From an uncultured delta proteobacterium (GTDB lineage Bacteria > Myxococcota > Myxococcia > Myxococcales > Anaeromyxobacteraceae): DNA of 64,000 nt. This document shows positions 48,437 through 58,300 of this stretch, in pieces; positions within the stretch are counted from its first letter, which is position 1; each line of letters opens with the position of its first letter. The notes beneath the pieces are model-generated. The model saw only the letters and a program-made list of their open reading frames with translations. It had not been told where the DNA came from and did no database searches. The DNA lies in assembly GCA_963845515.1 (NCBI GenBank), contig CAWJSR010000055.1, forward strand, positions 1-64,000, given 5' to 3'. A program made the translations under genes and the position numbers.

Positions 48437-49791
48437 GCTACCTCGTCGCGCTGCTGCTCCTATCGCTGTCGGGTGTGTCCTTGCTCCGGTTGGCCCGGCT
48501 CGGCACCGGCACCTGGTTGGTGGACGGCCCGCTCGGCTGGCTGCTCGGCTGCGGGTGGTTCTCCCTGACCGCGATGCTGCTCCGTTTCCTCCTCGGGATT
48601 CCACATGGACGCGTAGTGGCACTCGCGATCGCCACCGCACCGATCGCGCTCTGGATCGGGCATCGCTCGCTGGCTCGGCAGCGGCCCGGCCCGAGCCCGA
48701 CACCGGCGGCGCTCCGATTCCCCCGGCCCACCTGGCTCTTCGGCCCGCTCGCCGCCTACGTGCTGCTGGTCCTCGTCGCCGTCCTCCTGCACGGCGCCAA
48801 CACTCCGACCCACACCGACGACGCCGTGCGCGTCCGGGCCCTGACACCCATCCTGGCCTTCGACGATGAATGGAGCGCGCCCGCGCGGTCGCTCCTCATG
48901 ATGGCCGGCCCGGTCACCACCTTCGTCCCATCCCTCGGCTGGAGCGTCTCGGGAACGCTCGATCACTTCCACGTCAACTACTTCGTGGGAACGTCGCTCG
49001 CAGCCTTCCTCCTGCTAGCCGTCGGACTGGCCAGCATCCGCGGCGCACCGGAGCGAGGCTGGGCCCAGTCCTTCGCCACCCTCTCCATTCCACTCTTCGT
49101 CTACCACTGCACCTCCACGTACTCCGATGCCGTGCTCGCGCTCTTCGTCGCGGCCGGTGCACTCTTTGCGATGGAATATGGCCGCGGAGGCGACCTCTCC
49201 GACGCGATCCGCGCCGGCCTGATCTGGGCTGCAGCCACGATGGTGAAGCGTGAGGGAGAGGTGGTCGCCGGCTCGATGCTCCTGCTTCTCCTCCTCCAGG
49301 TCGGATGGCGCGCTCGCAACGGCAACTGGCGGCACCTCGGCCGGGCCCTCGCCTTCCTGGCTCCACCGGTCGTTCTCTTCGCGGCCGGGAAGGTCGCAGC
49401 GGTCGGGCTGGCAGAGGCCTTCCCCATCCTCTCCGTCCTGGCGAATGCCCCGTCCCTGGATTCGGCTGGCGCGCCTGGCCCGGCGGTGGCGGAGGGAATT
49501 TGCGCAGCCGCAGCCAGCGAATTCGGCTTCGCTCTCCTTCGATCCTGGAACGCCGGGATGGTCTTCTGGCTGTTGCCCTTCGCCGTGATACTCCGGCCCC
49601 GCCTGCTGCGATGCCCTGCGTTCTCCTGGTCCCTCGTCACCGTCACCGTGCTCCTCGGCGAGACGGCCTACGTGTCCATCGTCGCCTTTCCGGAGTTCAC
49701 GATCGACCAGACCACGGTCCACCGCGCCCTCCTCGTCCCGGCCCTCGCGGCGGCCTGCTGGATCGCGGCGGTCGCAACCGAGCCCGCTTAG
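48433..49791 (+). CDS. Polytopic membrane protein, probable GT-C fold (ArnT/PMT-like)
   Basis: About 12 TM segments; acidic loop THTDDAVRV; YSDAVLA and VKREG motifs typical of GT-C-like proteins. Confidence 0.55.
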   Translation: MSYLVALLLLSLSGVSLLRLARLGTGTWLVDGPLGWLLGCGWFSLTAMLLRFLLGIPHGRVVALAIATAPIALWIGHRSLARQRPGPSPTPAALRFPRPTWLFGPLAAYVLLVLVAVLLHGANTPTHTDDAVRVRALTPILAFDDEWSAPARSLLMMAGPVTTFVPSLGWSVSGTLDHFHVNYFVGTSLAAFLLLAVGLASIRGAPERGWAQSFATLSIPLFVYHCTSTYSDAVLALFVAAGALFAMEYGRGGDLSDAIRAGLIWAAATMVKREGEVVAGSMLLLLLLQVGWRARNGNWRHLGRALAFLAPPVVLFAAGKVAAVGLAEAFPILSVLANAPSLDSAGAPGPAVAEGICAAAASEFGFALLRSWNAGMVFWLLPFAVILRPRLLRCPAFSWSLVTVTVLLGETAYVSIVAFPEFTIDQTTVHRALLVPALAAACWIAAVATEPA

Positions 49792-49834
49792 AGACGTTCA
49801 GGCCGCCGACTGAATGGCGCCGCTCGGTCGTTGG

Positions 49835-50269
49835 TCAGTGGCGCTTGTGGCACTCCAGACATACGGTCGAGTACTTCGCCCTGAACCCGAACTTCTGCGC
49901 CTTCACATCGTGTGGGTCATGACACGTGTGGCAGATGATCCTCCCCCCCTCCTCGACGGGCAGGGTCGCTGGAGGCGGATCCTGGATCTTGCCGACGTGC
50001 GTCATCGTCGTCCCTGGGTGGCACTCGTGACAGAGGTCGGGCTCCTTCGCGCGCAGCTTGCCGGCCTGTGACACGTGGCAGCGCTGGCAGAGCGGCGCGC
50101 CCTTGTAGTCGTGGGCGTTCTTCCACTCCTTGACGTCCGCCTCCGGCTGGACGGTCCAGGGAGCCTTCGGCGGCGGTGACGGGCGGCGCGCGATCTTCGG
50201 CCCGCCACAGCCGCCGAGCGACACGGCGACTACGGCGGCCAGAGCCAGGGAGAGGGGTGCAGGGCGCAT
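49835..50269 (-). CDS. Small tetraheme cytochrome c lipoprotein
   Basis: Lipobox LGGC; CQRCH, CHECH, CHTCHDPH, CLECH. Confidence 0.85.
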   Translation of the reverse strand: MRPAPLSLALAAVVAVSLGGCGGPKIARRPSPPPKAPWTVQPEADVKEWKNAHDYKGAPLCQRCHVSQAGKLRAKEPDLCHECHPGTTMTHVGKIQDPPPATLPVEEGGRIICHTCHDPHDVKAQKFGFRAKYSTVCLECHKRH

Positions 50270-50307
50270 GGTCGGGAATTTACCATGACGCGCACCTCTC
50301 GACCGAC

Positions 50308-51144
50308 TCAGAACACGGGCGCGTCCGGCACCGTGAAGACGTGCATCGAGCCCTGCAGGACCGTCCCCACGCCGAAGTAGGCGATGACCACGAGCAGCAC
50401 CGCGAACATGGCGAACCAGGCGAAGCGCTGGTCGCGCCAGCCATAGGTGACGCGGAGGTGGATCAGGACGCCATACGCGAGCCACGCCAGGAGGTTCCAC
50501 GTCTCGAGGGGATCCCACGACCAGTACGCGCCCCACAGATCCTTCGCCCAGATCGCCCCCGAGGCGATCATGACCGCGCACGTGATGAACCCGAACACCA
50601 CGTACCGGTAGGCCACGCGGTCCAGCTCCTCGAGGGACGGCAGCCGCTCCGCTGCGGGCAGGCGGCCCGCCCTTCGCAGCAGGTAGGCCAGCGAGGCACC
50701 GCTCGCCACCGAGAAGGCGGCGTACGCGAGGAACGCGAAGAAGACGTGCACGTAGAGCCACACGCTCCGCAGCGACGGCGCCATCGGGCCACCGGCGGTG
50801 TTCTGCGTGACGCTCCACCCGAGGATCACGAGCGCGAGGGCGAGGGCACCGATCCCGACGGACCTGAACAGCTTCCAGGCCGCAGGCGCGGCGAAGGCGA
50901 ACACGACTATGGACCAGGCTCCAGTGGAGGCGTTCTCGTACGGCGTCGCGATTGGCGCGTGCCCGGTCTCGACCCAGCGCGCCAGCAAGGCCGCGGTGTG
51001 CGCCGCGAGCCCCGTGCCGGCCGCGATCCGCCCGAAGAGCGCCAGCCGGTCGCGCTGGAAGACGAGCGCCGCCAGCGGCAGGACGAGCCCCGCGGCGTAG
51101 GTGACGAAGACGATCGCCAGCAAGCTGGCTTCAAGGCGTGACAT
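50308..51144 (-). CDS. ccsA: Cytochrome c biogenesis protein CcsA/ResC (system II)
   Basis: RWVETGHAP, LRSVWLYVHV, WWD-domain motif GAIWAKDLWGAYWSWDPLETW, IHLR, C-terminal SMHVF. Confidence 0.93.
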   Translation of the reverse strand: MSRLEASLLAIVFVTYAAGLVLPLAALVFQRDRLALFGRIAAGTGLAAHTAALLARWVETGHAPIATPYENASTGAWSIVVFAFAAPAAWKLFRSVGIGALALALVILGWSVTQNTAGGPMAPSLRSVWLYVHVFFAFLAYAAFSVASGASLAYLLRRAGRLPAAERLPSLEELDRVAYRYVVFGFITCAVMIASGAIWAKDLWGAYWSWDPLETWNLLAWLAYGVLIHLRVTYGWRDQRFAWFAMFAVLLVVIAYFGVGTVLQGSMHVFTVPDAPVF

Positions 51145-52621
51145 CTCTCTCCCCTTCCCCACGGAGGAAGCCGCTCCCCTCGAGGTACCGGCACAGATCA
51201 CCGACGACCTCGGACTGATCCCCTCTACCCCCCGCGTCCGAGGCGGCCGCGACGAACAGCCTCTGCCCAGCCGAATCGACCGCCAGCGCGATCTCGCGCC
51301 GATAGAGCCAGAGGCGGGTGACCAGCCCGGCGATCCCCGAGAGGAACCCCGCCCACAGGAGGCCACCGCCGCGCTCGCGGGTCACCTGGAACTCCCCGGC
51401 GAGCCTCACCTCTGGCACACGCAGGAGGAAGGTCTTTCCGGGATCCGAGAGCGCTCCCCCTGGACCGACCAGCCCGGACACGGGCGGCTGCCCCGCCCGG
51501 CGAGCCGTCACCTCCAGCCCGTTCGGCATCGCGGCAGCGATCCCCTCCTGCGTCGCAGACCGCGCCAGTCCGACGCCACGCTCCTCGCTCCGTGCCCGCC
51601 GGGCCAGGCGCACCTCGACCTCGAGGCCGCACCCGTCGAGCCGGGCTCGATTGGCGCCGTCCGGCGTCCGGCGGAGCTTCACGAACGCCCCGTCGACCGC
51701 CCCGTCCGACGTCTCGCAGACGAACAGTGGGGCCGGCCTGGCGTCCATGATCAGGATGGAGACCGCTCCGCGGACGATCGGCTCGTTGATGGAGACACGC
51801 GTGGGGAGCGGCTCGCCCCCGACCATGACGTCGGCGGAGAGGCCGAGCGGGTTGTCCCCCGAACGCGCGGCGTGCACCGCCAGCACGCGAAAGGTGACCT
51901 CCGGGTATCGCGGCCCGATGCGGGGCAGGACGGGCGGCGAGGGATACGGGCCCTTCGCGTCGAACTCCTCCCCCTCCGCCACGAGGGCGAGCCCTGAGAA
52001 GCTGGTCAGGTCGAGCACGATCCCGGCCGCGAGGAGCAGCGCGAGCGAGCCGTGGAAGAGCAGGAACCCCAGCGGGGCAAGGCGGAAGCGGACGCCGCGA
52101 GCCGTGAGGGGCGCGGCGCTCCAGACGGCGTAGCCCCGCGCCTCGAGGAAGCCCACCGCGGCCCCGTGCGCGTCCGGCCCCTTCACGTCCAGGGTGACCG
52201 TCCCGGAGCGCCGGGCGAGGATCTCCGGGACCGTGGAGATCCCCTCGTCGAGCCGTGTCCTGCGGACGAGCCTGGGGATCCGATCGGCGAGCACCGCCGT
52301 GAGCGAGAGCAGGAACAGGACGAGGATCGACACCATCACCGGCGAGCGGAGCACGTCGGTCGCGCCCAGCGCCTCGAGCACCGCGACCGTGCGTGGCCGG
52401 GTCGTCCTCCAAGCCTCGTAGAGGGTCGGCTCGAAGGTCGCGCGCTGGGGAACCAGCAGCGACGCCAGGTAGAGCACGCCGAGCGAGGTCAGGATGAAGA
52501 TGATGGTGGCCCTGCCCCTCAGGGCCTCGGCCAGGTGCCGGACCCACCTGCCGAGGGCGGTCAGAGCGCGAGCCAAGACCTGCCCCGGACCAGGTTCCGC
52601 GCCATCGCGAACTCGAGCCAC
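51131..52621 (-). CDS. resB: Cytochrome c biogenesis protein ResB/CcsB (start uncertain)
   Basis: SLLVPQ, LGATDVLRSP, conserved FLLFHGS, VSINEP, C-terminal TM. Adjacent to ccsA. Confidence 0.75.
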   Translation of the reverse strand: MARVRDGAEPGPGQVLARALTALGRWVRHLAEALRGRATIIFILTSLGVLYLASLLVPQRATFEPTLYEAWRTTRPRTVAVLEALGATDVLRSPVMVSILVLFLLSLTAVLADRIPRLVRRTRLDEGISTVPEILARRSGTVTLDVKGPDAHGAAVGFLEARGYAVWSAAPLTARGVRFRLAPLGFLLFHGSLALLLAAGIVLDLTSFSGLALVAEGEEFDAKGPYPSPPVLPRIGPRYPEVTFRVLAVHAARSGDNPLGLSADVMVGGEPLPTRVSINEPIVRGAVSILIMDARPAPLFVCETSDGAVDGAFVKLRRTPDGANRARLDGCGLEVEVRLARRARSEERGVGLARSATQEGIAAAMPNGLEVTARRAGQPPVSGLVGPGGALSDPGKTFLLRVPEVRLAGEFQVTRERGGGLLWAGFLSGIAGLVTRLWLYRREIALAVDSAGQRLFVAAASDAGGRGDQSEVVGDLCRYLEGSGFLRGEGERDVTP

Positions 52622-54180
52622 GGATCGTCGTCGCGATTCAGCCGAGGCGGTGGCCCGCCGGCGAGGACCTCCCTGACGCCGCGCGCGTCGAGCACCTGCT
52701 CGATCGGTGCGGCGGTGCTCCAGAGCGGCTCGTCCAGCGCCGAGAGCCGTGCGAGCAGCCCGGAGTCGTCGAACGGCTTGCCGGAGCCGATGAGCACGAG
52801 ATCGTCGTTGGACTTCACCCGCCAGACCGAAAGCTCGGGGAAGGACCTGGCCGCCGTCGCGAGGAGCGCGCGGCGCTCCTCGTCGTCCAGCAGGTACCCC
52901 GGGACCCAGGCGACCAGGAGCCCCGCTGGCCGGAGCCGCTGCCTGGCGAGCCCGAAGAACTCGCTCGTGAAGAGGCTCCCGGAGGTGGCGTCCACCGGGA
53001 AGGACGGGCCCGAGACGATGGCGTCGTAGGGGCCGGACCGCTCCGAGAGCAGACGGCGACCGTCCCCCCGGACCAGGTAACGCTGCAGGTCGGAGCGGAA
53101 ATACAGGTTCACCGCCTCGATCACGTCGGGGTTGATCTCGGCGCACTCCACCGACGCGGTCCGGTAGAGATCCAGCAGCAGGACGAGGGTCCGGCCGGTC
53201 CCCAACCCGATCGCGAAGATGTCCTCCTGATCGCCGCGGATCGCGCCCGGCAGCAGGGCCAGGAGATGCTGCGTCGTCCGCTCGGTGCTCCGGCTGGCCC
53301 CCTCGATCCTCCCGTCGACCACGAGCACGCGCATCCCCGCCTCGTCCTCGAGGACCTGGACCCGGCCGTGCGGCGACCAGCGATCGAAGATCGCGGTCAT
53401 CGCTCCGAGGCGCGGCCCGAGGTTGGCGTCCTCCAGCGCCCTCCCGGCGAGGTGGTAGCCGACCGGCGTGCGCGGGGGCTGGAGCAGGAACGCCACGCCG
53501 GCGGCGAGGAGCAGCACTGCGGCGACCCCTCGCGCGGAGAGGCGCTGCCCGGCGGCCACCAGCACGAGCACACCGGCGACGACGTTGGCGGACGACGCCG
53601 CCAGCAGCGTCCCCCAGATCCCGGCGGCCGGCAGGAGCGCGAAGCCAGCCAGCGCGCTCCCGGCGATCGATCCCATGAGGTTCGCCGCGTAGGCGCCCCC
53701 GACCGCGTGCGCGACGCGCTCCGGCTCCGTGGAGGCCACGAGCTTCGCGACCAGCGGAAACGTGATCCCCATCAGCACCGTCGGCGCCAGCACCGCTGGC
53801 AGGCAGAGCACGACGTCCAGCGCGAAGTAGGCCACCGGCTGGAGCTGGAAGCGCTGGAACGTCCAGAGGTGCACGGCCGGAAGGGCCCGCATCCCCACGA
53901 CCGAGAGCACGGCGGTGACCGCGACCCCGAGCTCGCACAGGGCGACGGTCCGGGCCGCGTTCTTGAGCCGATCGCCGATCCGCGCCCCGATCCATCCCCC
54001 CAGCGCCAGCCCGGCCATGAGCGCGGTGAGCATGCCCGAGACGGCGTAGACGGAGGAGCCGAGGACGAGCTGGAGATAACGGGTCCAGACGACCTCGTCG
54101 GCGAGCGTCGCGGCCCCGGAGAACCCGTAGGCTATGAAGATCAACCTCTCTCGCGTGAGACTGCGACCGGGCTGGCTCAT
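52561..54180 (-). CDS. Membrane-fused spermidine-synthase-like (class I SAM fold) protein
   Basis: FSGAATLADEVVWTR.L..VLGSSVYA, LMGITFPL, YAANLMGSIAG, IGLGTG, AEINPDV, GDGRR, YDAIVS, LFTSEFF, RLRPAG. Confidence 0.85.
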   Translation of the reverse strand: MSQPGRSLTRERLIFIAYGFSGAATLADEVVWTRYLQLVLGSSVYAVSGMLTALMAGLALGGWIGARIGDRLKNAARTVALCELGVAVTAVLSVVGMRALPAVHLWTFQRFQLQPVAYFALDVVLCLPAVLAPTVLMGITFPLVAKLVASTEPERVAHAVGGAYAANLMGSIAGSALAGFALLPAAGIWGTLLAASSANVVAGVLVLVAAGQRLSARGVAAVLLLAAGVAFLLQPPRTPVGYHLAGRALEDANLGPRLGAMTAIFDRWSPHGRVQVLEDEAGMRVLVVDGRIEGASRSTERTTQHLLALLPGAIRGDQEDIFAIGLGTGRTLVLLLDLYRTASVECAEINPDVIEAVNLYFRSDLQRYLVRGDGRRLLSERSGPYDAIVSGPSFPVDATSGSLFTSEFFGLARQRLRPAGLLVAWVPGYLLDDEERRALLATAARSFPELSVWRVKSNDDLVLIGSGKPFDDSGLLARLSALDEPLWSTAAPIEQVLDARGVREVLAGGPPPRLNRDDDPWLEFAMARNLVRGRSWLAL

Positions 54181-55316
54181 CCGGGCCACCGCTCGGCGAT
54201 CGCCGCGCCCGCGCTCGCCGGCCAGACCGTCAGCGACCCTCCCCCGTCCTCGCGGTACCAGTAGGGCCTCGGCCGGAAGAACGCCCCGAGGACCAGCGCT
54301 AGCACGGCCGCGGCCATCGACCAGAGAGTCATGGCGCGGAAGGTGCGGTGGGCGACTCCCATTCGCAGGTAGGGGCGCAGCTCCCATGCGATCACGGCGT
54401 ACCCGTCCTGCCCCTCGACGACCCGTCGCGGCGCGAGCTCAGCCTCGAGGACGACCTTCCCATCGACAACGAGCCTCGCGTGCGGCTTCCCTTCGACGCC
54501 TTCGGCCCAGGGCCAGTCGGCCACCCGGACCTCCAGCGCGGAGCCATCGGCTCCGACCGTCGCCGGAACGTCCCCGCACGCGACCCCGGGGAGGAGCGGC
54601 ACCGGCCCGTCGAAGAGCCTGCCCATCTCCTGCTGCAGGACCGTGAGATGGATCCCCGGGCCGAAGCCCATGACGAAGAGGTCCATCCCCGCCACCGCCA
54701 CCCGCTCGTGCGCCGAGGCAGCCCGCTCGACGAGCGCGGTCCCGCGCGAGTCGACGACCTTGAGATCGAACAGCCGGTCGGGCGTCCCGGGCCGAACCTC
54801 GTTCACGGCCACGCCGAACTTCAGGTCGCCGGGATCAGCGAACACGCCGAGATCGAGCGACTCGAACGTCGCCCGCCGGTCGAGATCGATCGCCGACATG
54901 GCGTACTGGAGCCACGTCCCTTCGATGTGAAGCCCGACGTTGAGCAACCCGGAGAGCAGGGCGCAGGTGACTGCCCCCCAGCTCACGGCCGGGACCCACG
55001 CGCGCCAGCGCTCCACATACCCGGCGCCCTCGCCGTCCGCCCTCCGAAGCGCGCGCTGGAGCACCACCTCGGACGGCCCCTTCGCGAGCTGAACCCCCTC
55101 TCCAGCAGGTCTTCGACCCGGCGCCGGACCGCGAAGCGCGTTCGCCATCCAGCGCGCCGAGCTCCAGGCGGCGCCGAGGAAGGCCACCGTCGCGGTGGCC
55201 GCGAGGATCTCAGGGAGGATTGGGAGGCCGCCCGCGATCCGCAACGCCAAGCAGGAGCGCGAACAAGGCCGTGGCGGCCCAGCCGAGCCACCCCGGCCGA
55301 GCGGTCGCGAGATCAC
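54177..55316 (-). CDS. Second, divergent ResB-like membrane protein (start uncertain)
   Basis: ResB-like topology: N-terminal TM, TM, large beta-rich domain, C-terminal TM followed by FRPRPYW. The ResB His is not seen. Coupled to both neighbours. Confidence 0.45.
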   Translation of the reverse strand: MISRPLGRGGSAGPPRPCSRSCLALRIAGGLPILPEILAATATVAFLGAAWSSARWMANALRGPAPGRRPAGEGVQLAKGPSEVVLQRALRRADGEGAGYVERWRAWVPAVSWGAVTCALLSGLLNVGLHIEGTWLQYAMSAIDLDRRATFESLDLGVFADPGDLKFGVAVNEVRPGTPDRLFDLKVVDSRGTALVERAASAHERVAVAGMDLFVMGFGPGIHLTVLQQEMGRLFDGPVPLLPGVACGDVPATVGADGSALEVRVADWPWAEGVEGKPHARLVVDGKVVLEAELAPRRVVEGQDGYAVIAWELRPYLRMGVAHRTFRAMTLWSMAAAVLALVLGAFFRPRPYWYREDGGGSLTVWPASAGAAIAERWPG

Positions 55317-55380
55317 GGAACGACATCGTGCGCACGATACCACGGCCGGCCCCGATGCTCCGGGGCCGGCCCATGGAGCT

Positions 55381-58300
55381 CTAGTAGTTCAGCGGACGTG
55401 ATGCCGCGCCATCGGTCGTCGGGAACGTGTTGGTCGTGCCGCGTCCGTGCTGCCCACACGAGCCGAGCGAGACGGCCGGGTCGGGCGCGTTGCCGATCGT
55501 GTAGCACTTGTACGTACGCGCGACGCCGGTGCGCGGTCGCCCACCTCGCCTTGTCCTGCCCCGGCTGGCCGGTGTCGGCCGCAGTGTTCGTGTCGATCGG
55601 GTTGTACTCGCTCTGCGACGATCCGTTCATGAACCGCCACGCCTTGCGCGTGGTCGCGAGGTTGGCGAACGGAATGGCCTCACCCGAGCCGTGGATGCCG
55701 CCGTAGGTCGTGCCGCCGTGGCAGTGGATGCACCCGAGCCCGAACAGGGTGCCCTTCGACGCGTTCCTCGTCCCCGAGTCGTACGGCGGGCCGAAGACCT
55801 CGGTCAGATCGCCGGCGTTCTCCGGACCGTGAACGCCGCCTGCGCCCTTGTTGACGTACTTCGTCTTCGGGTGGCACCGGTAGCACACGGCGTTGCCGAG
55901 GCCGAACGACCCCAGCGCGTCGTTGGTGTCCGAGGTGGCGCAGCCGTTCGCGGCCGCGCCATCGCAGGCCCGCAGCAGGTACTCCGCGTTGACCCCGCCG
56001 TGAGCATTCAAGGTGGAGCGGTGGCAGTCGGAGCAGTACATCTTCGACGTGTCGTCGCAGACCGCGTCCGCGCAGGCCGCCTGCGTCGTGAAGGTGTGCG
56101 TGTTCTTGATCGAGTAGGCCGGCGCCGCCGTCGTGTACCGGCTCTGATTGAAGAAGACCAGCGCGTGGTACGAGAACTTCGTCCACGTGGCCGTGTCACC
56201 CGCGCCGCCCGCGGCGCTCGGGTACGAGCCCAACGGATCGAACTGCGACTTGACGTTCACGACCGTCCCGCGCGTCGCCCCGCCCAGCGAGGCGGTCGCG
56301 CCGCGCAGGTTCGAGTCGCTCGCGCTCTTCACCAGCGATCCCTGGCCGAAGGGCCTCACCGTCCCGGCAGTACGAACCGCCCGAGGGCGTCGCGGCGTGC
56401 CACGCCGTGTCGGCCGGGTTCATGTTGTACGTGTAGAGGGCGCCGTTCACGTCGTGGCAGGAGAGGCAGAACTTGTCCAGGTTCGCCTTCTCCGTCGCGT
56501 CGATGCCGCCCACCACGCGATCGATGTAGTAGATCGTCCCGGCCGGATCCACGCCGGCGCCGTTCCAGTTGGCCGCCGAGTCGGCGTCCAGCAACTTCAC
56601 CGAGCTGATCCCAGCCTGGTTGTGGAGCGCGGTGGTCGTCACCTTCGTCCCGTCCGCGGACATCTTCCCCTCGGCGTGGCAGACGATGCAGTCCCACGCC
56701 TCCACCGACTCCGTGGTCGGCGTGGCCCCGACCACGTGGTGGCTGCGCCCCTTGAAGTCGCCGCCCACACCCGAGGCCGCCGTCACCTGCCGCCGCCTCG
56801 GCGTCGTCGTCGGCTGCCCCTTGTTGTGGCAACCCACGCAGTCGCCGCCCGTGGCATCCGCGCGACCCCGTTGAGGTGGAGCGCCTTGTTCACCGTCGTG
56901 TTCGTGTAGCCGACGTGGCAATCGACGCACGTGCTGCCGTAGTGGCCGCTCGCCGTCGAGGAGTCGAAGTGGCAAGTCCCGCAGGCCGCCTGCGACGCCC
57001 CTCCGGTCCAGCTCGGAACCTTGTTCGTCCCGCCGCTGCTCCCCGCGCCGTGGCAGTACGTGCTCGTGCACGTCGTCCCGGTCCAGCCGGGCGACAGCCC
57101 GCCCGTCTTGGTGAGCGTGTCGAACGCCACCTGCTTCGTCCCCTCGTGCGACGACCCGAGGTGGCACTCGTTGCAGGAGATCGCGCTGGCCCGCAGGTTG
57201 ATCTGGTTCACGTGCGCGATGTGCGCCCCGACCGCGCGCGTCGTCGTCGCCGTCTCGCCCGCCATGCCCACCGGCGGTGAGGACTCCAGGTTCGCGTCCG
57301 CTCCCGCCACCGGCGTACGGGCAGGCCCCGTGTTGCCGTGGCAGCTCTTGCACGACAGCGTCTCGCCCCACGCCGGGGTCGCGACGCCATGGCAGCTGAC
57401 GTTGCTGCACCTCTTCGTCGCCGTGTCGTAGTTCGAGGTGCCACCGTTCGTGTCGTACGTCGCCAGGATCGCCACGTCGATGAAGCCGTCCGTGTGCTTC
57501 GACCCGAGCACCTGCGTCGCGGTGCCGTCCACCATGTTCGCGTGACAGTAGGTGCAGCTCGCCGCCACCGTCAGCACGTGCTTCTGGTGGCTGTTCGAGT
57601 TCACCAGGTTCGCGCCTCCGTTCGCGTAGTTCGGCTCACCAAACTGCGACGTGAACGCCCCGCCGCTCACCGCGCCGTGGCACCCCTTGCAGTCCAGCGT
57701 CGCGACCTGGCCCCACACCACCGGCTTGTAGTCGTACGCCGTCGCGGATCCCGTCGTCAGCGGCCGGCCCGACGAGTGACAGTAGTTCGACGTGCAGTTG
57801 GGCGAGGCGTACGCCTGGCTCGTCTTCGCGTTCCGCGTCGCGAAGCCGACGTCCCTCGACCCGTTCACGTGCAGCGTAGCGTTCGAGACAGTCGTGTTCG
57901 CGCTCACCACGGTGTTGTGGCAGTCGACGCACCCGTAGTTGGCGCCGAGCACCGCCGCGTTGTTCACGTGCTCGTCGTGCGACGCCGTCGCGATCGCGGC
58001 CACGGCCGTGGCACTGCGTGCACGTCCCTGCCGCGTACGCCGCGTCCGTCCACTTGGGCTGGGTGTAGGTCGGAGAGGCCGTCCCGCTCGAGTGGCAGTA
58101 GACGGTCGAGCAGGTGTTCGTCCCGCCGGCGTAGGAGCCCAGCGCGTTCGGCGCGTTGAACCCGACGTCCTGCTTGTCGCCGTCCACGTGCTGCGACTCG
58201 ATCACCGTCGAGTCGGTGTTGATCGACGGCGTGTGACACCGCAGGCAGATGTACGCGTAGCTCGGGCTCGAATTGATGTGCTTCGCGTGCGTCGCCGACA

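Noticed and set aside
51131..53995. 954-aa ORF, and other long Arg/Ala/Pro-rich ORFs such as 14679-16913, 22687-23988, 25930-27438 and 59874-61568
   Set aside because: These are shadow or antisense frames of real genes in high-GC DNA. Only the 3' part of 51131-53995 (ResB) looks coding.
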